From assembly GCA_964616785.1 (NCBI GenBank), contig CAZTRR010000002.1, positions 2,863 through 65,742 on the forward strand: DNA of 62,880 nucleotides, written 5' to 3'. Below the pieces are notes generated by a model. The model had not been told where the DNA came from, ran no database searches, and worked only from the letters and a program-made list of their open reading frames with translations. The DNA is from an uncultured Dehalococcoidales bacterium. GTDB taxonomy: Bacteria > Chloroflexota > Dehalococcoidia > GIF9 > UBA5629. Each line of letters begins with the position of its first letter. Positions within the stretch are counted from its first letter, which is position 1. Positions 1 through 9,751 of this stretch are shown piece after piece. Made by a program: the position numbers and the translations under genes.

Positions 1-129
1 GAACGGTGAGTTGGAATCGGGTTACCAAGAGGCCTCTTTGCAGTTTCGCAGAGAGGGGTAGTTGGCGGTGAGGTAACCACCCACAGTGGTAGTGTGACAG
101 TTGGGAGATGAAGTTTCACTCGGGAGGGC

Positions 130-1614
130 ATGGTGATTACGTCAAGTGAATATCGCAGAAGGCTGAGCAAGATGAGGCGGAATGTCTACATGAACGGGGA
201 GCTCATAGACCGAGACGACCCCCGGCTGGAAGGAGGGGTCAACAGGCTCGCCAAGACCTACGACCTGGTGGCGGCCCCAGAGTTTAAGGAATATGAGGAC
301 ATTCTTACGGCTACATCTCACCTGACCGGTGAGAAGATAAACCGATTCTGCCATATTCACCGAAGCGTTGCCGATTTGCTTGCCAAGCAGAAGATGACCA
401 GATTGGCCTGTCACCAGGTAGGCGGGTGCATCGACAGATGTATGGGTATCGACGCTATCAATGCAAACTCCGTGGTCAGTTATGAGGCCGACCAGGCGTA
501 CGGCACTGAGTATCACAAGAGATTTGAGAACTGGCTGAGGGACTTCCAGGAGAATGACCGCATGGGTTGTTGCGCTCAGACAGATGTCAAAGGAAACCGC
601 CCGCGGCGACCTCACGAACAGGTGGACCCCGACCTCTACCTGCGCGTGGTGGAAACGAAAAGCGACGGTGTCGTCATCAGGGGAGCCAAGGTGCACAACT
701 CAGTTGCTCCTGTTGTCGAAGAGATCGTGGTGATACCTACAAGGCGACTGACGAAGGAAGAGGGAGAGTGGGCGATTTCCTGTGCGGTTCCGGCCGATGC
801 AGAGGGCGTGAAACTGATTGTCAGCGCCGCCAGGCAGCCTATCTCCAAACGGCTAGGCATGCCCGGCCCCTACGTGGGTGCCGACTCTCTGACGGTTTTC
901 GACGATGTGTTTGTGCCTTGGGAGAGGGTGTTCCTGAATGGAGAATATGAGCTGGGAGGCAGAGTGGCGCTCTTGTTTGCCCTTTTCCACCGCCACAGCT
1001 ATACGGGCTGTAAGCCAGCCTTGACAGACGTGCTTACGGGAGCTACTGCCCTGATGGCTGAATGCAATGGGATAGAGAAGCAAGCGCACGTCAGGGAGAA
1101 GCTGGCGGAAATGATTTGCACCTCGGAGCTGTGTTACGGCACGGGAATTGCTGCTGCGATTAACGCTGAGAAGTCGAGCTCAGGAACCTACATTCCAGAC
1201 ATAGTCTACTGCAATGTCAGCCGCAGACATGCAGGTGTAAATATCTACCATGAGTTCGATATCCTGGCAGATATTGCCGGAGGGATGCCTGCAACCTTAC
1301 CGCGGGAGGGCGATTGGTTGAACCCGGAGACTCGCCCGTTCATGGAGAAGTACATGATGCGCAACCCGGAAGTTCCGATTGAAGATATACACCGTGCCTT
1401 TCGCTGGGTTCAGGCTATATCGTGCTCGGAAGCGGCTGGCGTGGCGCAGTATGCGGGCGTTCACGGCGGTGGTTCTCCCAGGATGGAGCAGATTGCCATC
1501 ATGGCCAGCTACGATGTTGAGAAAACTAAGAACATCGCCAAGCGCCTGGCTGGCATTCCCGTGAAAGAGAAATACTCCTTCGATAGGTTCGGGGTGATGC
1601 CGGGAGAACGATAA
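130..1614 (+). CDS. 4-hydroxybutyryl-CoA dehydratase/vinylacetyl-CoA isomerase family protein (AbfD-like), paralog 1
   Basis: 494-aa ORF preceded by gggaggg. Family recognised by eye. Carries the motifs CHQVGGCIDRCMG and HRHSYTGCKP, which resemble the AbfD Fe-S ligand positions. Confidence 0.8.
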   Translation: MVITSSEYRRRLSKMRRNVYMNGELIDRDDPRLEGGVNRLAKTYDLVAAPEFKEYEDILTATSHLTGEKINRFCHIHRSVADLLAKQKMTRLACHQVGGCIDRCMGIDAINANSVVSYEADQAYGTEYHKRFENWLRDFQENDRMGCCAQTDVKGNRPRRPHEQVDPDLYLRVVETKSDGVVIRGAKVHNSVAPVVEEIVVIPTRRLTKEEGEWAISCAVPADAEGVKLIVSAARQPISKRLGMPGPYVGADSLTVFDDVFVPWERVFLNGEYELGGRVALLFALFHRHSYTGCKPALTDVLTGATALMAECNGIEKQAHVREKLAEMICTSELCYGTGIAAAINAEKSSSGTYIPDIVYCNVSRRHAGVNIYHEFDILADIAGGMPATLPREGDWLNPETRPFMEKYMMRNPEVPIEDIHRAFRWVQAISCSEAAGVAQYAGVHGGGSPRMEQIAIMASYDVEKTKNIAKRLAGIPVKEKYSFDRFGVMPGER

Positions 1615-1687
1615 GTCCCGGTAGGTGCAAGCAAAGCCTGGGTTTCGGCGTGATAGGCTTGCCATTCAGTAGTGGACAGGAGGCGAA

Positions 1688-2470
1688 ATGGACTTTGAGA
1701 CGATTCTCTACGATAAGAAGGATAACGTTGCCTGGATAACGTTCAATCGGCCGGACAAGTTGAATGCGCAGAACGAGACCTTGCTTAGTGAAGTCACTGC
1801 TGCGCTGGAGAAGGCCAAGGACGATGATGAGGTGTACGTCATCGTCATAACAGGGGCTGGGGATAGGGCTTTCAGCGCCGGTGCTGATATCAGTATGTTT
1901 TCCAAATGGGCTCCCATTGACGTCATGAAGTGGACCAAGGCGACAAGAAGGCCATACGAATTCATAAGGGAGATTCCCAAGCCGGTCATAGCCATGGTGA
2001 ATGGGATTGCAGTTGGCGGCGGGACTGAGATATCGATCGCCTGCGACATAATCATAGCCGCTGAGAATGCCCAATTTGGGCAGCCGGAGATAAGCGTTGG
2101 AGTTATACCGGGTGGAGGAGGCACCCAGATGTTGCCGAGGCTCGTGGGGGAGAAGAAGGCGAAGGAGCTTATCCTGACCGGCGATTTCATCTCAGCCGAG
2201 GAGGCCTTGCAGCTCGGGTTGGTTAACAAGGTTGTCCCAAAGGAGAAGCTAAGGGAAGCGGTTGACGAAATCATCGGTAAACTCAAGAGCAAGAGCCCGG
2301 CCATCTTGAAGTTTGCCAAGCTGGCGGTGAACAAGTCCCTTGAGACTCCCCTTTCAGTCGGGATCCAGAGCGAAGGCGACCTCTTTGCCCTGTGTTTCGG
2401 AACCGAGGACCAGAAGGAAGGGGCAAAAGCTTTTCTGGAGAAGAGACCTCCCAAGTACACAGGTAGATGA
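1688..2470 (+). CDS. enoyl-CoA hydratase/isomerase (crotonase family)
   Basis: 260 aa with SD ggacaggagg. Crotonase blocks ITGAGDRAFSAGADI and GGGTEISIACD are present. Confidence 0.9.
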   Translation: MDFETILYDKKDNVAWITFNRPDKLNAQNETLLSEVTAALEKAKDDDEVYVIVITGAGDRAFSAGADISMFSKWAPIDVMKWTKATRRPYEFIREIPKPVIAMVNGIAVGGGTEISIACDIIIAAENAQFGQPEISVGVIPGGGGTQMLPRLVGEKKAKELILTGDFISAEEALQLGLVNKVVPKEKLREAVDEIIGKLKSKSPAILKFAKLAVNKSLETPLSVGIQSEGDLFALCFGTEDQKEGAKAFLEKRPPKYTGR

Positions 2471-2594
2471 GTCTGGGGCCCCTTGCATAAGTTCTGCAAA
2501 CGGTCGAGAGAAGACTGCTACGGGCCTATCTCGCTTTTCCGTTGGTGGTCTCTCGTGGGGTTTGGGGAAGAAAGTAAGACTTGGAGCGATAAGA

Positions 2595-4511
2595 ATGAAA
2601 CTATTACAGCCTATTAGCATTGGAAAGATGGAGCTCAAGAACCGGCTGGTGGTGCCGCCAATGGGGACCGGCTTCAGTGCCCCTGATGGGACGGTAACAG
2701 ACCGGTTTATCGAATACCTTGAAGCTAGAGCCAGGGGAGGCTTCGGGCTCATCATCGTGGAGGTGGTTGCTATTGATTCCTCAGGTAGGGGGATTCCCTC
2801 CCAGTTGGGCATCTGGGATGATAGGTTTGCGCCCGGGCTGAACCGCCTTGTCGACCGGATCCACGCTGCTGGTGCCAAGATTGCCGTCCAGTTGCATCAT
2901 GCCGGGCGCGCGACATACCCTTCTAGCATCGGTGGCCAGCAGCCTGTAGCCCCGTCGGCCATCCCCGACCCCATCACTCGAGAGATGCCCAGAGAGCTAA
3001 CCGTAGAGGAGATAGGGTCGCTGGTTGAGGCATATGCCCAGGGGGCACGGCGTGCCAAAGAGTGCGGTTTTGATGCGGTAGAGCTGCATGGTGCTCATGG
3101 GTACCTCATAGCCCAGTTCATGTCAGCTTACGCAAACAAACGGGCCGACGAGTACGGCGGTAACTTGGAGGGGTTCCTGCGGTTTCCACTGGAGATATTG
3201 CAGCGGGTGAGAGAACTGGTGGGGCCTGATTACCCCATCCTGTTCCGCATCAGCGGTGACGAAGCAGTTCCCGAAGGCCGTACCATCGAAGAGAGCGTGG
3301 TGGTAGCCAAGCGGCTCGTTGAGGCGGGTGTTGATGCGCTTCACGTCAGTGTGGGCGTTTTTGAGTCGGCTCACCTCACCAGTGCGCCTCCTGCCATGGA
3401 GCCGGGATTCAATGCCGCGGCGGCTGCTACCATCAAATCGGCTGTTTCGGTGCCGGTCATTGCCGTAGGACGGATAGTAGACTCTGGCGTTGCCGAGGAT
3501 ATCCTCAGCTCCGGGAAGGCCGACCTGGTGGCTGTTGGAAGAGCGTCGTTGGCTGATCCTGAATTTGCCGCTAAGGCATTGGAGGGGCGCGATGATGCCA
3601 TTGTCAAGTGCCTTTCCTGCAATGAGGGCTGCATTGATATGCTGATGCTGGGCACGCCGCCGATAACCTGCATTCAGAATCCGGCGCTAGGGCGAGAAGC
3701 GGAATACGCTTCAGCAGGTGCGGCAAAGGCCAAAAGGGTGGTGGTTGCTGGTGGTGGGCCAGCGGGTCTGGAAGCAGCCAGGACGGCAGCTTTATGGGGA
3801 CATAGGGTCACCCTGTGTGAAAAGCGGGACTGCCTCGGCGGGCAAGCTCTGCTGGCAGCAGTGCCTCCTACCAAGGAGATTTGGCTGGAGGTGGTCCGGT
3901 CTCGAATCAAAGACCTGGAGCGATTGGGAGTGGACATAAGGCTGAATTGTGAGCTGAGCCCCGGGATGGTTAATGAGTTGTCGCCGGACGTAGTCATAGT
4001 GGCCACGGGGTCAGCGCCGCTGTTACCTGATATTGCAGGAACGGATCGAGGCAATGTTGTCACCGCTCACGATGTCCTCAGCGGAGCCCCGGTTGGCGTC
4101 AGGGTGGTGGTTGTTGGAGGGGGCATGGTGGGGTGCGAGACCGCCGACTACCTGGCTCAACAGGGCAAGAACGTGACCATAGTCGAGATGCTCCGGCGTA
4201 CTGCTCAGGACGTCTCGCCATCGGCCCGCTACTTTCTGCGCCGGCGTCTCAGGGAGAGAAATGTGACGATACTGACCTCCACCCCGGTGAAGGCTATCAC
4301 TGACGCTGGCGTGGTCGTTAGCTCCGAGGGGGAAGAGCGAACACTCGAATCTGTGGATACCGTGGTTCTGGCTACAGGGGCAAAATCGGTCAATGACCTG
4401 GCTGGAGTGAAGGACCTCGCCCCTGAGGTCTATGTGGTGGGTGATGCCGCCAGCCCGGGTAAGATACTGCAGGCTGTCCAGCAGGCGGCAGAGGTAGCGC
4501 GGAAATTGTAG
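2595..4511 (+). CDS. OYE-like NADH:flavin oxidoreductase fused to an FAD/NAD(P)-binding domain (2,4-dienoyl-CoA reductase FadH-like)
   Basis: ATG 2595 (MKLLQPISIGK, ggag upstream) is preferred over the in-frame ORF start at 2340, which overlaps the crotonase gene. Motifs: HGAHGYL, CLSCNEGC, GGGPAGLEAA, GGGMVGCE. Confidence 0.85.
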   Translation: MKLLQPISIGKMELKNRLVVPPMGTGFSAPDGTVTDRFIEYLEARARGGFGLIIVEVVAIDSSGRGIPSQLGIWDDRFAPGLNRLVDRIHAAGAKIAVQLHHAGRATYPSSIGGQQPVAPSAIPDPITREMPRELTVEEIGSLVEAYAQGARRAKECGFDAVELHGAHGYLIAQFMSAYANKRADEYGGNLEGFLRFPLEILQRVRELVGPDYPILFRISGDEAVPEGRTIEESVVVAKRLVEAGVDALHVSVGVFESAHLTSAPPAMEPGFNAAAAATIKSAVSVPVIAVGRIVDSGVAEDILSSGKADLVAVGRASLADPEFAAKALEGRDDAIVKCLSCNEGCIDMLMLGTPPITCIQNPALGREAEYASAGAAKAKRVVVAGGGPAGLEAARTAALWGHRVTLCEKRDCLGGQALLAAVPPTKEIWLEVVRSRIKDLERLGVDIRLNCELSPGMVNELSPDVVIVATGSAPLLPDIAGTDRGNVVTAHDVLSGAPVGVRVVVVGGGMVGCETADYLAQQGKNVTIVEMLRRTAQDVSPSARYFLRRRLRERNVTILTSTPVKAITDAGVVVSSEGEERTLESVDTVVLATGAKSVNDLAGVKDLAPEVYVVGDAASPGKILQAVQQAAEVARKL

Positions 4512-4621
4512 CCGGCTCTCAAGGAGTAAGAACAGGCTAGGAAGGACGATTGTACTGACTCAGTGCATTCGCTAGAGTTTCCGCGGTTGCTGAGTTATAA
4601 TCTGAGAAAGGAGGGTTTAAC

Positions 4622-6154
4622 ATGGCAATAGCAACTTACGACGAGTACTACAAGCGCTTGACGAAGATGAAGAGGAACCTTTACATGGACGGAGTTAAAT
4701 GCGACAGGGCTGATGAAAGGCTTGCTGGACAGTTACGCGTTATCAGAGAGACGTATGATCGGGCTAACGACCCCGAGTGGGATGGCCTGGCCACTGCGAC
4801 ATCACACCTAACAGGAGAGAAGATAAACAGGTTCACCAATATTCATCATAGCGTCGACGACCTCCTAAAGAAGCAGGCGATGACCAGGCTTCTATGCCAC
4901 AGGGTGGGTGGCTGCATTATGAGATGCATGGGGACAGATGTTATGAATGCCCTGTCTGTTGTCACCTATGAAATGGACCAAGCTCTCGGTACAGATGCAA
5001 GCCAGAATTTCTTGAAGTATCTGAGATACTGGCAAGACAATGACATAACTGCGAATTGTGCTCAGACAGACGTCAAAGGTGACAGGTTGAAAAGGCCTCA
5101 TGAGCAAGTAGACCCTGACCTTTACCTGCGAATAGTTGAAAGCAGGCCCGATGGAATCGTGGTAAGGGGGGCCAAGATTGACAACACGACTGCTCCGGTG
5201 GGTGATGAGATAATAGCCGTACCTACCAGGTTCATGACTGACAAAGACGATGAGTACGCTGTTGCATTTGCCGTCCCCGCTGACTGGGATGGTGTGAAGA
5301 TGCTGGTCAGGCCGGCATACAATCATAAGAGGAAATACCTGCAAGCTCCCATTGCCGAAATAGGCGATGCTGAATCGTATACTATCTTTGACGATGTCTT
5401 TGTGCCTCGCGAGAGGGTCTTTCTTGATGGCAAGGGCGACCCGAGGCAAACCCCGTTTGCCGGCTTTCTTGCCTTGCTTTTTGCCCATTATCACAGGCAC
5501 TCATACACTGGCTGTAAACCCGCCACATCTGAAGTCTTGGCCAGCGCCGCTGCGCTTGTGGCGGAGTACAATGGAATTGAAAAAGAGGATCATGTACGAG
5601 AGAAGATATCACACATCGTAGGCGTAGCAGAGCTTGTCTTTGCCGCCGGCCAAATGAGCGCTCATCGCGCTGAGCAATCGGCATCCGGTACCTACATACC
5701 CGACGAGATTCTGACCAATGCTGGCAGGAGGCTCGCCGGAGAAGAGATCTATAATGAGTTTAAGATCGTAGCCGACCTTGGCGGGGGTTTGTCGTCTACT
5801 ATGCCTTTTGAGGAGGAATTCTTCTCAAAGGAGACAAAAGAGCTGGCAAATAAATACATGATGAGGAACCCCAAGATATCCTCAGAGAATCAGCATAGAT
5901 GCTTCCGGGGCTTGGAAAACCTCATAGTGTCAGAATTGTCTGGCGTGATGCAGGTGGCAGGATTGCATGGTGGTGGCTCTCCGCAGATGGAAACTATCAC
6001 AATGATGGCCAGATATGACCTGGAGAGCCTGAAGACTGTAGCCAAATATCTATTTGGCATAGAAAAAGAGTTGCCCAAATATGAAAGGCCCACGGTAACG
6101 CCGCGCAAGATGCTGGAAAGATTTCAAAAGATGTACGGTGCTCCAAAGAAATAA
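4622..6154 (+). CDS. 4-hydroxybutyryl-CoA dehydratase/vinylacetyl-CoA isomerase family protein (AbfD-like), paralog 2
   Basis: 510 aa with strong SD gaaaggaggg. Roughly 55-60% identical by eye to the 130-1614 product. Motifs CHRVGGCIMRCMG and HRHSYTGCKP are retained. Confidence 0.8.
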   Translation: MAIATYDEYYKRLTKMKRNLYMDGVKCDRADERLAGQLRVIRETYDRANDPEWDGLATATSHLTGEKINRFTNIHHSVDDLLKKQAMTRLLCHRVGGCIMRCMGTDVMNALSVVTYEMDQALGTDASQNFLKYLRYWQDNDITANCAQTDVKGDRLKRPHEQVDPDLYLRIVESRPDGIVVRGAKIDNTTAPVGDEIIAVPTRFMTDKDDEYAVAFAVPADWDGVKMLVRPAYNHKRKYLQAPIAEIGDAESYTIFDDVFVPRERVFLDGKGDPRQTPFAGFLALLFAHYHRHSYTGCKPATSEVLASAAALVAEYNGIEKEDHVREKISHIVGVAELVFAAGQMSAHRAEQSASGTYIPDEILTNAGRRLAGEEIYNEFKIVADLGGGLSSTMPFEEEFFSKETKELANKYMMRNPKISSENQHRCFRGLENLIVSELSGVMQVAGLHGGGSPQMETITMMARYDLESLKTVAKYLFGIEKELPKYERPTVTPRKMLERFQKMYGAPKK

Positions 6155-6262
6155 TCACATATCTTTCCAGGCTGAGCCATGGTGCAGAACTGAGGCCAAA
6201 ACGCTCCAAGTGGCTTCGGAGGGCTACAGGTCAAGCTGTTGACTGGTCAAGGCTTGCTTCTA

Positions 6263-6649
6263 TCATTGCCGCTTTCTGAGCTTCTCCCTTTCTATCCTGC
6301 GCAGGGTATCGTCGCCAATGCCGAAGTGATGGGCGATCTCGTGGCGGACTACTTCGCCTATCTCCGTTTCGATTTGCCCCTCAGAGCGGCATCTTGCCTC
6401 GATGGGCTTCTGAAAGATGGTTATCTTGTCTGGCAGAACCAGGTTATAGCCTCTGTCCCGACTGGTTTGAGGTACTCCTTCATAAAGACCTAGCAGTTGA
6501 CTACTATGCCTGAGTCCCAAGTCGCGCACTTGCCTTTGGCTTGGCCAGTCCTCAACAAGCACATCGACATTTTCCAGTTTGCTCTGGAATTCGGCTGGGA
6601 GTTCTTCCAGGGCTTTGGTTACAAGGGCTTCGAACCTGTTCCTGTGCAT
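6263..6649 (-). CDS. small zincin-like metallopeptidase-family protein
   Basis: 128 aa with an HExxH motif (VRHEIAHHFG) near the C-terminus. Resembles the short 'possible zinc metallopeptidase' family. Confidence 0.65.
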   Translation of the reverse strand: MHRNRFEALVTKALEELPAEFQSKLENVDVLVEDWPSQRQVRDLGLRHSSQLLGLYEGVPQTSRDRGYNLVLPDKITIFQKPIEARCRSEGQIETEIGEVVRHEIAHHFGIGDDTLRRIEREKLRKRQ

Positions 6650-6678
6650 GTCCGTTAGTCTGCCTGATTTGGGTACTG

Positions 6679-6945
6679 CTACGCCTCTGTGCGGCTTTCA
6701 AGATGGGCAAGTATGCGCAGCGCAACCACCCAAATCATGCCCAGATAACATGCGATGGCGAGTAGGAACCACAACATCGGAGTGAAGCCTGTTATCGTTA
6801 TGTCCGTGGCTGCGGCAACGATACCAACAATCAAAAAGGCGTCGCCGACAATACCGAAGTACCACATGAAAAGCGGGCGTGCTGCCAACTTGGTCAGTTC
6901 ATCCATGCTCGCACCTCCTACTGAAGCTTCTGCTCCTATGTTCAT
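6679..6945 (-). CDS. small hydrophobic membrane protein (2-3 TM), unknown function
   Basis: 88-aa ORF with long hydrophobic stretches (FMWYFGIVGDAFLIVGIVAAA, MLWFLLAIACYLGMIWVVAL). It lies immediately upstream of the zincin gene on the same strand. Confidence 0.5.
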   Translation of the reverse strand: MNIGAEASVGGASMDELTKLAARPLFMWYFGIVGDAFLIVGIVAAATDITITGFTPMLWFLLAIACYLGMIWVVALRILAHLESRTEA

Positions 6946-7178
6946 TATACATTGCTTTGTCCGACTTTGGCAGTTATTTAGTGTCGTTTAATCTTTCGAA
7001 AACCTCAAATTTGCGAACCAATGTAGTGTGACCTTTCAAGGTCGCCTGGGTGTGGTTCTGGCGAGGCTAAAGCCTCGCACTACACGTTGCTCAAAAGCAA
7101 AGCTCTGTTCTGCTTCTGTAACTGCGTCTACTACTGCGGTAAGGTGTCGTCTCAAGAAGCGGATAAGGTGCGTGCGTG

Positions 7179-7207
7179 TTGACGAGATAGCCGCAACAGG
7201 ATACAAT
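7179..7207 (+). promoter_or_regulatory. candidate sigma70-type promoter of leuS (leaderless arrangement)
   Basis: TTGACG (7179-7184), 17-nt spacer, TACAAT (7202-7207). The leuS ATG at 7217 lies 9 nt after the -10 and has no SD. Confidence 0.5.
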
Positions 7208-7216
7208 CAGTCCGTT

Positions 7217-9667
7217 ATGAGTTCTTCTCTCAAATACAATCCCCAGGAAATCGAAAAGAAATGGCAGGACAAGTGGGCGGCTGATAGGCTTTACGAGGTC
7301 AGGGACGATGATAGCCGCCCCAAGTTATATGAGTTGACCATGTTTCCCTATACCTCGGGTGACCTCCATATCGGACACTGGTATGCCATGGCGCCGTCGG
7401 ACGTCCACGCCAGGTTCAAGCGTATGCAGGGCTATAATGTGCTCCATCCCATGGGCTTCGATGCCTTTGGGCTGCCAGCGGAGAACACGGCTATCAGTCG
7501 TGGTATTCATCCCTACACCTGGACGATGGAAAATGTCGAGAACATGCGCCGCCAGCTTAAAAGTATGGGTGCCATATATGATTGGGACCGGGAGGTGGTT
7601 ACTTGCCTCCCCGAATACTACAGGTGGACGCAATGGCTTTTCCTCAAGCTTTATCAGGCTGGTCTGGCGTACCGGGGTGAGGCGCCGGTCAACTGGTGTC
7701 CCAACTGCCAGACGGTGCTGGCCAACGAGCAGGTTCTTGGCGACGGCTCGTGCGAACGCTGTGGTACAGCGGTTATCAGGAAGTACCTCGAGCAGTGGTT
7801 TTTCAGGATTACCAAGTATGCCGATGAACTCCTCGACCACAGCCACATCGATTGGCCGGAGCGGATACAGATAATGCAAAGGAACTGGATTGGCAAAAGC
7901 ACCGGTGCTGAGATTGCCTTTGGCCTGGAACATGAGGGCGTGGATACCGAGGAGATAAGGGTGTTTACTACCCGCCCTGATACTATCTTCGGGGTCACCT
8001 TCTTTGTCCTGGCTCCTGAGCATCCTTTGGTACCTCAACTTACTACGGCGGAGCACAAGGCTGAGGTGGATGAGTATGTCCTTCAAGCCCAGCGACAGAC
8101 CGAGATCGAGAGAACGGCTGCGGAAAAGGAGAAAACTGGTGTTTTCTTGGGAAGCTATGTCATCAACAAACTGAATGGAGAGCGGGTGCCTATCTGGATT
8201 GCGGATTATGCGCTACTTGGCTATGGAACTGGTGCAGTGATGGGAGTCCCGGCCCATGACGAGCGTGATTTCGAATTTGCCAAGAAGTTCGGGCTACCTA
8301 TCCGGGTGGTGATCGCTCCTCCGGATTGGGAAGGGGAAGAGCTGGAGTCGGCCTATACAGGGTCTGGAACGATGGTGAATTCAGGACAGTTCGACGGTCT
8401 CCCGGACCAGCAGGGAATTGAAGCTGTCTGCGATTATCTGAAAGACAAGGGATGGGGGAAGCGGGCTGTAACTTACCGCATTCGTGACTGGCTTATCTCC
8501 CGCCAACGCTACTGGGGAGCGCCAATTCCAATGGTGTATTGTGACAAATGCGGCATCGTCCCCGTGCCGGAGAACGATTTGCCGGTCTTGCTGCCTCCTG
8601 ATGCTGAGTTCAGGCCTACCGGTGAGTCTCCGCTGAAATACTGCGAGGCTTTCGTCAATACGACATGTCCGCAGTGCTCCTCTCCGGCACGGCGAGAAAC
8701 CGATACCATGGACACTTTCATGTGTTCTTCGTGGTATTTCCTGCGCTACACCAGCCCAGGTGTCGACGATTCCCTGTTTGATGCCAACAAGTTGAAGCAC
8801 TGGATGCCGGTGGATTTGTATACCGGCGGTGCCGAACACGCTACCATGCACCTTCTCTATGCCCGCTTCTTCATCAAGGCGATCAGAGATATTGGAGTGG
8901 TCGATTTCGATGAGCCTTTTATGCGTCTGTTTAACCAGGGCACGATTGTCTACCAGGGCGACAAAATGAGTAAGTCCAGGGGCAACGTGGTTACGCCCGA
9001 TGAATATGTATCCGAGCTTGGGGCTGATGCTGTCCGCGCCTACATTATGTTCATTGGACCCTGGGAGCAGGGTGGGGAGTGGATTGACAGCGGAATCATT
9101 GGTATGAGCCGCTGGCTGAACCGCGTTTGGAATCTGGTGATAGCTGACTATTCGGAAAAGGTGGTTGACGCCAGCGTGGAAAAGGAACTTCGCCGCCTCA
9201 CCCATCAGACTATCAGAAAAGTGACCGGGGATATGGAGCGGTTCCGCTTCAACACGATGCTGGCTGCGCTGATGGAGTTCACCAACTATCTTGGTCGGGT
9301 GCAGGGGCAGGGTACCGTTTCTGGATCGGCATGGCAGGATGCTATCACCAATCTGTTGCTACTTCTTGCTCCAACGGCACCTCACCTTACCGAGGAGCTA
9401 TGGACGCGCAGCGGTCATCCTTACAGCATTCACAACCAGTCGTGGCCCAAGTGGGATGAGGATCTGGCCAAAGAAGATGAGGTCACGCTGGTCATCCAGG
9501 TGAACGGCAAGCTGCGAGATAAAGTCACCGTGCCGGTATCTATCACCGAGGCCGAGGCTAAGGAGCTGGCTTTGAGCCGTGAGCGAATAGAGGCCTACGT
9601 CCAGAACAAGAATATTGCCAGGATTATCTACGTTCCGCGGAGACTGGTCAATATAGTGGTTGGCTAG
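7217..9667 (+). CDS. leuS: leucine--tRNA ligase
   Basis: Class I signatures HIGH (DLHIGHWY) and KMSKS (GDKMSKSRG). The start is set at ATG 7217 (MSSSLKYNPQEIEKKWQ), not the ORF-track start at 7028. Confidence 0.95.
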   Translation: MSSSLKYNPQEIEKKWQDKWAADRLYEVRDDDSRPKLYELTMFPYTSGDLHIGHWYAMAPSDVHARFKRMQGYNVLHPMGFDAFGLPAENTAISRGIHPYTWTMENVENMRRQLKSMGAIYDWDREVVTCLPEYYRWTQWLFLKLYQAGLAYRGEAPVNWCPNCQTVLANEQVLGDGSCERCGTAVIRKYLEQWFFRITKYADELLDHSHIDWPERIQIMQRNWIGKSTGAEIAFGLEHEGVDTEEIRVFTTRPDTIFGVTFFVLAPEHPLVPQLTTAEHKAEVDEYVLQAQRQTEIERTAAEKEKTGVFLGSYVINKLNGERVPIWIADYALLGYGTGAVMGVPAHDERDFEFAKKFGLPIRVVIAPPDWEGEELESAYTGSGTMVNSGQFDGLPDQQGIEAVCDYLKDKGWGKRAVTYRIRDWLISRQRYWGAPIPMVYCDKCGIVPVPENDLPVLLPPDAEFRPTGESPLKYCEAFVNTTCPQCSSPARRETDTMDTFMCSSWYFLRYTSPGVDDSLFDANKLKHWMPVDLYTGGAEHATMHLLYARFFIKAIRDIGVVDFDEPFMRLFNQGTIVYQGDKMSKSRGNVVTPDEYVSELGADAVRAYIMFIGPWEQGGEWIDSGIIGMSRWLNRVWNLVIADYSEKVVDASVEKELRRLTHQTIRKVTGDMERFRFNTMLAALMEFTNYLGRVQGQGTVSGSAWQDAITNLLLLLAPTAPHLTEELWTRSGHPYSIHNQSWPKWDEDLAKEDEVTLVIQVNGKLRDKVTVPVSITEAEAKELALSRERIEAYVQNKNIARIIYVPRRLVNIVVG

Positions 9668-9720
9668 GATGGTCAAGCTGAATCCCGCAGCAGCGGTTAT
9701 GGGATATAGAGCATCGCCGG

Positions 9721-9750
9721 TTGACTTTGAGTGTGACAAGACAATATGTT
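9721..9750 (+). promoter_or_regulatory. candidate promoter upstream of repeat copy A and the SnoaL-like gene
   Basis: TTGACT (9721-9726), 18-nt spacer, TATGTT (9745-9750). Confidence 0.35.
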
Positions 9751-9751
9751 T

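Noticed and set aside
2340-2594. N-terminal extensions in the ORF track. Starts at 2340, 7028, 13937, 25453 (-), 57343 (-), 59715 (-), 60551 (-), 56317 (-), 28003 and 43733.
   Set aside because: The extensions overlap upstream genes or are Arg-rich nonsense. Internal ATG/GTG codons with SDs coincide with the conserved family N-termini, so shorter starts were used.
7022-7085. Nested hairpins upstream of leuS (TGTAGTG...CACTACA enclosing GCGAGGC-taaa-GCCTCGC, with a UGGGUGUGGUUCUGGCG stretch) that could suggest a T-box or leader RNA.
   Set aside because: There is no recognisable T-box core (GGGUGGNACCGCG), specifier loop or terminator/antiterminator pair. A good promoter (7179-7207) lies downstream of the structure, making leuS probably leaderless. 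It may belong to the divergent membrane-protein gene's upstream region.
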